From assembly GCA_054661495.1 (NCBI GenBank), contig BAAFSQ010000001.1, positions 90,001 to 122,000 on the forward strand: a stretch of DNA of 32,000 bases. Direction: 5' to 3'. Positions 22,647-32,000 of this stretch are shown one piece after another. Made by a program: the position numbers and the translations under genes. Source of the DNA: Zygophlyctis sp. KS116 (taxonomy: Eukaryota > Fungi > Chytridiomycota). Position 1 is the first letter of the stretch. The number at the start of each line of letters is the position of its first letter. Under the pieces are notes generated by a model, which worked only from the letters and a program-made list of their open reading frames with translations, had not been told where the DNA came from and did no database searches.

Positions 22647-23906
22647 ATGAAAGATAAAGAACAGAAACATTATAATAAAGCTAAAAAGGGGTATAGTAGC
22701 TCCTCTAATTCTAAATGTTCAAGTCCATGTCAGAGGCGATCATCAATAACTACCACTTCGTCTGCCAAATCATCACAGTTGAGGCAATCTGCTGGTCAGA
22801 GGGATATTGCTTTAATGGAAATAGAAATCATTATTCAGACACTAATGGGCAAAAACATTACTCAAAGAGTCACAAATAGCACTTCAATCAAGCAAATCAA
22901 GACAAGGATCAGTGAGTCCGAAGGCATTGCTATTGACAGCCAGATACTCGTGTTTAAAGATAAACAGCTCTCTGATATTGATACAGTTAAATCTTTAGGA
23001 ATTGTAGCTGGAAGTACTATAAAACTTGTAGTAACAATGTCTGGTGGTCCTGGATTGTATGTTAAGAAAACCAAGGCAGATGATCCTATTCTTTTACTAT
23101 TATGCCGACAGAATGAAGAATTATACATGTTAGAATTTCATATGGGAGATGATAAGCCAAAACCAATTCTTCTAAAAGGACCTTCAGGAATATCTCTAGA
23201 AGGTTTGATTGGAGAATCATCATCACCTGAAGATATTGAAGAAGTTATTGAAGGATCTGAAGAAGATGATGGCTATCTTTCAGATTCTCTCAAATCAACC
23301 TCTACATTCTCTACATCTACTGTATTTTCAATTTTTTCAAATGGCTCATCTAAAATCATATCCCGCCCAAGTAGTTCTAATTCGTTATCAAGTGCATCAT
23401 CCAGTCTTTTAGAGGAATTTTTATCTGCAGCTACAAACTCTTCATCTCTACCATTACAATACGGACGCCCAGCAACTGCTATATCGATAATGCGTCTACC
23501 GATATCTAGCCCTTTAATTATTCTTCCAAAAAGCAGGCCAGCTTCAGCAATAGTCACAACGTTTGTAAAACCAGACACAAAAGGATCGATAGATTCTGTT
23601 CAAGTCAAAGACCCGCAAAAAAACGAAAATTTGGAACCTGGTAAAGTTGTTGAACAAATCACACCCCAAGATTTTACCTGTCCAGAAAAAATCAAGGAAT
23701 TTATTTCAGAAACACATCATGCATCTTGTTCATTATGCAAAAAGAAGCATTCATTCTCATTTAAATGCAAATGTGGAAAAATATTTTGTTCCCTTCATAG
23801 ATACTCTGACCGACATTCTTGTACTTTTGACTATGCAGAACAACATAAAAAGACACTCAGATCACAATTACCACTTGTCAATGGAGAAAAAGTAATAAAT
23901 CTCTAA
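22647..23906 (+). CDS. ZFAND4: Ubiquitin-like plus AN1 zinc finger protein (ZFAND4/ANUBL1-like)
   Basis: A UBL domain (IQTLMGK...EGI..D.Q.L.F...MSGGP), a Ser-rich linker and a C-terminal AN1 finger (CKCGKIFCSLHRYSDRHSCTFDY). Confidence 0.82.
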   Translation: MKDKEQKHYNKAKKGYSSSSNSKCSSPCQRRSSITTTSSAKSSQLRQSAGQRDIALMEIEIIIQTLMGKNITQRVTNSTSIKQIKTRISESEGIAIDSQILVFKDKQLSDIDTVKSLGIVAGSTIKLVVTMSGGPGLYVKKTKADDPILLLLCRQNEELYMLEFHMGDDKPKPILLKGPSGISLEGLIGESSSPEDIEEVIEGSEEDDGYLSDSLKSTSTFSTSTVFSIFSNGSSKIISRPSSSNSLSSASSSLLEEFLSAATNSSSLPLQYGRPATAISIMRLPISSPLIILPKSRPASAIVTTFVKPDTKGSIDSVQVKDPQKNENLEPGKVVEQITPQDFTCPEKIKEFISETHHASCSLCKKKHSFSFKCKCGKIFCSLHRYSDRHSCTFDYAEQHKKTLRSQLPLVNGEKVINL

Positions 23907-23982
23907 ATTGAGTTTGGGACTTGCTGCGGACCTCGTCACACCAAAGGCGTTGCGAGGATAAATTTTTTTGTTTGAAATTCAA

Positions 23983-26900
23983 ATGTCAAACTCCCCACTG
24001 ACCCCAAGTGAGTCTCGGAAAGCTAGCAAGAGAGCCCAGAAGTTGAAATCTGTTGAAAATGTAAGTTTTTGAGGTTTAAGATTAGTCTGAGGAAGATGAG
24101 TTGGAGTCTTCATCGGAAGAGAATGAAGGTTCTATACAACCAAAAGAAGCTGTCATGATTCCTATGGGAGAATATACTGTTGATAAATTTCTACTTTGGA
24201 GAATTACAGACGGAAAGGAAGAGATCTTGGTCAAATACAAATATATGGGATATATTCATGCGGAATGGTTATCTCGAGAAGAATTAGAAACTAGAGATAG
24301 GGGACTGAAATCTAGAATGAAGAGATTTTTAGAGAAAAATCCTTGGGATTTGCAATGGTCCGAAGATGATCCATTTAATCCAGATTACTGCAAGGTATGA
24401 ATCTAATCTAGAATTTTATGGTGAATAGCTCAATATTCTTTTCATAATCATGATTATCAAAGAATTAACTCTCAGTTAGTTGTTAGATTCATGGTTATGG
24501 TCAGGTTTTGCTTTCATTCCGCTCAACTTTCTAACATGAATAGATTGATCGAATAATTGATGAAGGTGAAATGGAAGATGGAAAAATATACTATCTTGTA
24601 AAATGGTGCGCACAGACATATGATTTATGTACTTGGGAATCTGATGAGACTGTAGAAAAGGTAAGAGGTTTTAAGTCTTATTTTAGATTCAATCCGATAA
24701 AATTGAAGAATTTCATAATAGGAGACTACTATATGAAGAAAAAAGTAACTCTTATGCCATGGAAATTGTTAGGCCTAAAAAAGGCTGGAAAAAATATGAA
24801 GAATCTCCTATTTATAAAAATGAAAATTCATTGCGTTCTTATCAATTGGAAGGTTTAAATTGGCTAAACTATTGTTGGTATAATAAGCAAAATTCTATTC
24901 TTGCAGATGAAATGGGACTAGGAAAAACTGTCCAATCTGTAGTGTTTTTGGAGCATTTATTTGCTAAAGAAAATGTCACTGGTCCTTTTCTCATTGTGAC
25001 ACCCCTTTCTACTATTGGAAATTGGGAAAGAGAAATCACCAATTGGACTGATATGAATGTTGTGGTGTATCATGGCAGGGATTTTGCTAGGAATTTAATA
25101 TATGAGACTGAATTCTACTACAGGGATGAAACTGGCACACCAATTCCTAAAACCTATAAATTTGATATAATTTTGACTACTTATGAAATGGCTATGGCCG
25201 GCTCTGGTCATTTGCGCCCAGTTGATTGGACGTGTGTTATTGTAGATGAGGCACATCGACTAAAGAACAAATCATCCAAAGTTTCAGAGCTGCTTAAAAC
25301 TTTCAAGATGCAGCATAGGGTTTTATTGACTGGCACTCCACTTCAAAACTCTTTGGATGAATTATGGGCACTTTTGAACTTTTTAGAACCAGACCAATTC
25401 AATTCGGAGAGAGATTTTAAGGAAAATTTCGGATCTCTAAGCACTGCTGCTGATGTTGAAAAACTCCAAACACTGTTAAAGCCTTTGATGCTACGGAGAT
25501 TAAAAGAGGATGTAGAAAAGTCTATACCAGTGAAAGAAGAAACTATTGTGGAAGTCGAGCTGACCAATATTCAAAAGAAATACTATAGGTCAATTCTAGA
25601 AAAGAATTTCTCATGGTTGAAGCAAGGCGCAACTCGTGGCAATGTACCTAATTTGATAAATGCAATGATTGAACTGCGAAAATGCTGCATTCACCCTTTT
25701 TTAATCAGGGGAGCTGAGGAACAAATAATGGAAGAGTATGGTGCTTCAAATCCTAGCCAACAATATGAAGCTCTTATTCAAGCCTCTGGTAAAATGGTGC
25801 TTATCGATAAATTGCTCAAAAAGCTTAAAGATGGTGGGCATAAGGTTCTGATTTTCTCTCAGATGACAAAGTGTCTGGATTTAATACAGGATTATTTACG
25901 AGGACGTGGATGGGGATATGAGAGAATCGACGGAGGCGTTCGTGGAGAGTTACGCCAAGCCGCCATTGACAGATTTTCTTCTCCTGAATCTACCAGTTTC
26001 GTATTTTTACTTTGCACTAGAGCTGGTGGTGTAGGAATAAATTTAACAGCCGCTGATACTTGTATTATCTTTGATAGTGATTGGAATCCTCAGAATGATC
26101 TTCAAGCTCAAAGTAGGTGTCATAGAATTGGTCAAAAAAAGGCAGTTCAAATATACAGGCTCGTTATGCGTGGAACATACGAGCGGGAAATGTTTGATAG
26201 AGCTAGTATGAAATTAGGATTAGACAAGGCAGTTCTTCAGAGGATGGATGCTGGTGGATTGGAAACATATGATCGGGCACGTCCGCCTTCATCTCTTTCT
26301 AAAACAGAAATAGAAGGACTACTTAAAAAAGGCGCATACGGAGCATTTATGGATGATGAGGCTAGCAAACAATTTTGTGAAGAGGACATTGATCAAATTT
26401 TGATGCGTCGAACCCAAGTTATTCGACATGATGCATCTGAAAGTCAAAAAGGGTCAACTTTCTCCAAGGCCTCTTTCACTTCAGCAAATGCAACTGATGT
26501 GGATATAAATGATCCAGATTTTTGGGATAAAGTTCGAGAAGAGGCCAAATTAGAAGTTGTGGAACCATTGGGTCCAAATGATCATTTAATCATTGACGCC
26601 CCACGTCAAAGAAGATCCGCAAATCGATTCAATGGCCTTGATGATGATGATGCAGCTTCAGGGGGATATGGTGATGGAGATGATATATGGAAGCAGCCAA
26701 ATGCACCACTCTCTAAATCTGATAGTCCAAGAACTTGGGCGATTGTGGAGAGGGGACGACTGGAAAGACATCTAATGTCTTTTGGATTTGACAATTTTGA
26801 AGCAGGCTTGGAAAAATTCGGCCGCCGTTCGCTACAAGATCTTAAAGCTTGTGGGCGATATTTGCTTATCTATGCCATGCAAAAATGCCAAACCGCTGAA

Positions 26901-29207
26901 GATGAACTGGTCCAAGATGCTAAATCTGCATTAGCTATATATCCTGATCCATTTTTACAACTCGATGAAATTAGTGAAACAAATACAGAAAATTCTGAAG
27001 GGAAAGGATCAAAAGATATTAAAGATGTTCATATTCTCCGTGATGAACCCTACCCTGGAGCTACAAAGAAGCAAATAATTGAATACAGGTCATTCTTTAT
27101 TGAAGGTCCTGCTGATTATATTGAACACATTGAAAAACGATCAAAGAATATTTTGATCCGTATCTCTATGCTCTTTCAAATACGTCACAAAGTTAAGCCT
27201 GAACCTGGTATGACCATTCCACCAGTCAGCGGAACCCCTCCAGCTCCATGGTGGGGAACTGATGAAGATCGAGACCTTTTAATCAGTGTTTGCAAACATG
27301 GATATCAGAATTACGAAAAAATGAAGTTGGATCCAGAACTATGCTTCTACAAACGAATATACGGAAATTACATAAATAACTCTACAGCTTCTTCTGCTGA
27401 TGAAATTGAACCTTCTGCAGGTGAAAATGCACATTCTGAATCTGGAGATCAAAATAATTTATCAAAATGTGATGATGATAATACTCAGCCAGAGAACACT
27501 GCAATTCCATCAAACCATCATTCAGAAGGCAAGGATGCAAATGAAGATGTTGATCAAATGGCCACGGAACCTGAAGATGCAGACTCTATCATGGATATCG
27601 ATGTCAATAATGAGGACAGAATAGCAACAGATGCCACGGAACCTAATCCAGAGATGGACACAAACGCTTCTGAATTAAATCATGAACCATCTGGCCTCCA
27701 AGATGCGATAGTATTTCCGTCTGCAAGTGAGTTGGGAGTACGGCTGAGGAAACTCCTTACGGCATTTAACAGAATTTTTGCAAACGCAATTAGAGAAGAA
27801 GCAAAAAAAGTTTTAAATCTAGCAAATAAAGCCAAAGCAAAGACAGAAATACCACCTAATCGCAGATTTGCAAAAGATGGATTAGTTTTAACTAAAAGAG
27901 ATAAATTTGGTAAGAGTATTTTATCTAATATTTTAGATTTCCAGAAATGTCTCGTTTCCTTTGGTGTTCCTACAGCCGTGGGTGATAGTTATGACTGGCA
28001 AAAGTTTAGGGAGCTGTCTGGTCTCAGTAAAAATGATGATCTTTTGGAGGACTACTATGAGAAACTGATGCTTATGTGCTCGGAGGTGATTGAACGTACA
28101 GAGACAACAATACATCAATTTAATTCTGATGGTCTCGATGGAGAAAATGGATATTCTGAATTGGCATCTAAAGAATTAATATCAGCCGCCAAAATTATTG
28201 TTGATAGGGACGGGGAAACTCTCACATATGACAAGGCCAAGAAAATCATGAAAAGGATTGAAGTAATGAGACGACTTCGTGAAGACGTTTTAAAGCTTCC
28301 TGACCTATCTGAAAAGCTTGATAGTCTCCTTCGACCTAGCATATCCGGCTCTCTTCCACAATGGTATTTGCCCGAACATGATTATCCCTTATTACATGCA
28401 GTTGCTAAGTGGGGCCTTTTGAGAGGTGATTTAATAATTCAAGATAAATCATTTCCCTTTTATGATATTCATATGGAACATCTCAAATCTACAGGATTAG
28501 ATAAAGAATCAGGTGTCTTGCCTCATGATTTAGTTGCAGGAAAAATGGAAGACAGGTTTTGGATCAGAGACCATGCACTTTTGAAAAGAATTGAATATTT
28601 CTGTGATCAATTAGGCAAAAAAATAACAAAAAGAGGACCACGTAGAACCAAAAAAAGAGCTGTACAATGGACACCAATAGATACTGAATCTGATGAAGAA
28701 TTTATTTCTCAACCAACCACATCTGCCTCAGGCCTTAAACTGAAACTCAAGCTTAATCTTTCCAAAGAAGCATTAGACTCTGAATCTAAACTTTTAGCAA
28801 AACAAGAAAGGCGCAAAAAAAGAAAGGAAGAAAAGGAATCTACTAAAAAATATGAAGATCTTGATCCCATTAGTGATGATACTGATGTCATGCTAGAAGA
28901 TGTAGAGAACCGCCTCAGCCGCACCCGTTCTCGTAATCAAAGTACATGTAGTGAAGCGGATGAAGGTAGTAGCTCTAATATTCCTACTCCATCTCTGATT
29001 CCTTCACCACTGACTGAAGCTGCTACTGCTGATGACGAGATAAAAATTCCACCACCCTCCTCATCGAGATCATTTACATCTATTGCATCTATTGTGAATG
29101 AAGATAGTTTAGACAGTATTAATATTTTGGGAAAGAGAGATCCATCACAAATGTATTCAGAAGAGGACGTTAAAAGGCTCAAGTTGCAAGAATTAAATAA
29201 AGACTAA
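23983..29207 (+). CDS. Chromodomain-helicase-DNA-binding remodeler, CHD6-9/Kismet type; introns 24061-24085, 24395-24543, 24661-24686, 27910-27936
   Basis: Two chromodomains, a SNF2 ATPase (ILADEMGLGKT, DEAH, QAQSRCHRIGQ), and subfamily signatures EETIVEVELTNIQKKYYRSILEKNF, FCEEDIDQIL.RRT and GSTFSKASF. Confidence 0.93.
24395..24543 (+). other. Atypically long (149 nt) structured spliceosomal intron
   Basis: GTATGA...CTAAC...TAG joins DYCK|IDRIIDEG in frame and contains several inverted repeats. Confidence 0.8.
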
Positions 29208-29292
29208 TGTCTTAATTATTTACAATGAGAGATGCTAATAATAAAATTTAAACTTTCAAAGCGTTTACTTTTCGCGTTGGAATTTTTTTTAA

Positions 29293-31377
29293 ATGGTAAA
29301 TTGCACAATTTGACTGTAGGCAGGGGCATTTGATAATGCAAAGAAAATTATAAAGTCTCTGGACTCTGATATTGAATCGCACTTTGGCTATGTGTACTCT
29401 GTCTCTGGTCCTGGTATATTTTTACTTTAACGTTAGTTGTTGTTGCTGAGAAAATGTTTGGTTGTGCAATGTTTGAGCTGGTAATCCACTTTTTATCTTA
29501 CAATAGGTCCGTGTGGGTCATTATGAGCTTGTCGGTGAAGTGATCCGTATTGACCATGACAAGGCAACGATTCAGGTCTACGAGGAAACTTCAGGTGTAA
29601 TGATTGGAGATCCAGTCTTAAGAACTGGAAAACCTCTCTCTGTGGAGTTGGGCCCTGGGATTTGTAATAGTATCTTTGATGGGATTCAAAGACCTTTAAA
29701 GGTAGTCTTTAGAAAATTAATTTTTAGGATATTCAAGAGCTATCGCAGTCTATTTACATTCCAAGAGGTATTAATACACCGGCTCTAGATAAAAAGATTT
29801 CATGGGATTTTGAGCCCATTAATTTCAAGGTTGGGGATCATATTACTGGTGGAGACATTTATGGAAAAGTAGCTGAAAATACTCTGGTGAGTCATTTGAT
29901 TATGCTACCTCCAAAAGCAGCAGGTACAGTGACTTATATTGCAATCAAGGGACAGTATACGCTGACTGTATATATATATTTTAAAAGTTAGGATGTTGTT
30001 TTAGAATTGGAATTTGGGGGAGTGAAAACAAAGTATACAATGTTGCAAAATTGGCCTGTTAGAACTCCACGTCCCACGTCAGATAAATTAGCAGCAGATT
30101 ATCCTTTATTAACTGGACAAAGAGTTTTAGACGCTCTATTTCCGTAATAATTTTTTATTTTATTTTAGATGTGTTCAGGGTGGTACTACTGCTATTCCTG
30201 GTGCTTTTGGCTGTGGAAAAACTGTTATTTCACAAGCACTGTCAAAGTATTCAAATTCTGATATTATCATTTATGTTGGATGTGGTGAGAGAGGTAATGA
30301 GATGGCTGAAGTTTTAATGGATTTCCCAGAAGTAAAATTAAACAATTTAAATGTTTTAGTTGACAATTGAAGTTAATGGAAAGAAGGAAGGTATTATGCA
30401 GCGTACAACACTTGTTGCTAATACTTCAAATATGCCTGTGGCTGCTAGAGAGGCGTCTATTTATACAGGAATTACACTTTCTGAATACTTTAGAGATCAA
30501 GGAAAGGATGTCGCTATGATGGCCGACTCTACTTCTCGTTGGGCCGAAGCTCTTCGTGAAATTTCTGGGCGATTAGCTGAAATGCCTGCTGGTATTAATA
30601 TCTTTTTATTTAAATTTTAGACTCTGGGTATCCTGCTTATTTGGGAGCTCGTTTGGCCTCCTTTTATGAACGTGCTGGTAAGGTTGTATGCCTTGGAAAT
30701 CCCCAAAGAAAGGGAAGTGTAAGTATAGTAGGGGCTGTGTCTCCCCCTGGAGGTGATTTCTCGGATCCTGTTACACTTGCTACACTTGGTATTGTTCAAG
30801 TATTTTGGGGACTTGACAAAAAGCTTGCTCAAAGAAAACATTTCCCATCCGTGAATTGGTCGGTGAGTTACTCTAAATACATGAAAGCTCTTGAACCATA
30901 CTATGAAAATTTTGATCCTGATTTCATTAACCTTCGAACAAAAGCAAAGGAAATCTTGCAATTGGAGGAAGATTTATCAGAAATTGTTCAACTTGTCGGA
31001 AAGGTATAATTCAAGCAATTAAATTATAGAGTGCTTTGGCTGAAAAGGATAAGATTACTTTAGAAATCGCCAAGCTTCTCAAAGATGATTTCCTTCAGCA
31101 AAATGGTTATTCTGCCTATGATCGCTACTGCCCATTCTATAAAACTGTTGGAATTTTAAGAAACATGATTGGATTTTATGACCTTGCCGTACATGCAACC
31201 GAAGCTTCAGCAGGAAGCATCACCTGGGCAAAAATCAAGGATCATATGAATGATATTCTATACAAGTTGAGTTCAATGAAATTTGAAGATCCTGCTGATG
31301 GAGAGACTGTAGTCAAGGAACGCTATTCAAATCTATACAAGGAAATGGAAGAAAAATTTCGAACATTATTGGATTAA
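29293..31377 (+). CDS. VMA1: V-ATPase catalytic subunit A; introns 29296-29319, 29414-29436, 29481-29506, 29702-29727, 29968-29991, 30144-30168, 30332-30359, 30592-30620, 31004-31029
   Basis: [55 protein letters not shown]. Confidence 0.97.
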
Positions 31378-31382
31378 TAAAC

Positions 31383-31884
31383 CTAAGATATGCAACCCGT
31401 ACAACCTTTAATTATTGCATCCCTTGCAAATGGAATATAAGATATTGAGTACCAAAATAGAGCAAAATACTGTATAATGCACAATACAAAGATCAAGACC
31501 ACACTATCCATTGTAAAAGCCACAACCAACGTAGCAGCCATTGAACCTAAAAATACGCAAGTTGCAATAATTCTAGTAGAATCAAACATTTTCTTTAATT
31601 GGGAAACAAATCCAGTCAGGAAACCAGTTGCAACCAGACCGATTACATTACCAATAGTATATAATACAGCGAAACCTGGCCTGTTGCCTGAAATCAGCAA
31701 GAGGGTTGAACACAGAGATAAAACTATTCCAACAGAAAAACAAATCCCAAAAGCATAAAACCGTTGCATTCGGGTCAACTGAAAGCCCCCGCACATCTAT
31801 ATTTATTATATTAAAAATCACCTGCTCTAGAGAACTAGAGTCTGACTGCGAAGAGCCAAAAAAATCAGTTATTCCTGAAGACAT
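31383..31884 (-). CDS. SFT2: Got1/Sft2-family vesicle transport membrane protein (SFT2D-like); intron 31797-31821
   Basis: LT..QRFYAFGICF, FAVLYTIGN, QLKKMF..TR, WYSISYIPFAR. Confidence 0.88.
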
Positions 31885-31932
31885 AATGTAAAAACCTAGG
31901 CGCGAATTTTGGTGTTGAGGTTTAGATTAAAA

Positions 31933-32000
31933 ATGTTTGGGTTTGTTGGCACTCTTTCAGAGTCTGTGATTCGTTCTTCTCTCAGTCCTAGTCTTCAGGC
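31933..32000 (+). CDS. Possible 5' end of the next gene (partial)
   Basis: AAAAATG context and an open frame to the window edge (MFGFVGTLSESVIRSSLSPSLQ). The divergent spacing matches other gene pairs here. Confidence 0.4.
   Translation, partial: MFGFVGTLSESVIRSSLSPSLQ

Noticed and set aside
24420-24435. tRNA A-box-like TAGCTCAA, TPP riboswitch or hammerhead in the long intron
   Set aside because: There is no T-loop/B-box, no TPP aptamer consensus and no complete CUGAnGA/GAAA core.
25343-29182. Short antisense or alternate-frame ORFs within CHD and other genes
   Set aside because: They are shadows of conserved CDS with no recognisable motifs.
30272-30296. VMA1 intein/homing endonuclease
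   Set aside because: The insertion site [10 protein letters not shown] is uninterrupted.

Overview
AT-rich eukaryotic nuclear DNA, most consistent with an early-diverging (chytrid-like) fungus. This is an inference from fungal-type PMT2 and CRM1 plus retained CHD7-, ZFAND4- and PHYHD1-like genes. The window is extremely gene-dense, with about 21 protein genes: EAF6 (partial), TMA16, PHYHD1-like, RPT1, CRM1, RPL12, WBP2-like, MED18-like, GLE1, CCT4, PAAT-like, PRE6, PMT2, an ABC-F, mitochondrial ProRS, ZFAND4-like, CHD7-like, VMA1, SFT2-like, two orphans and a possible partial gene at the right edge. It uses the standard genetic code. The supplied ORF track is fragmented because genes are split by micro-introns. 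By hand I resolve 52 GT-AG introns: 51 are 23-33 nt (mode 26), mostly ending in TAG and lacking a canonical branch point. The one exception is a 149-nt, highly structured intron in the CHD gene, in which one segment can pair either with the 5' splice site or with the branch point/3' splice site. Many intergenic gaps are only 5-100 nt, and one convergent pair has overlapping stop codons. No tRNA, rRNA, CRISPR array or intact transposon was recognised.
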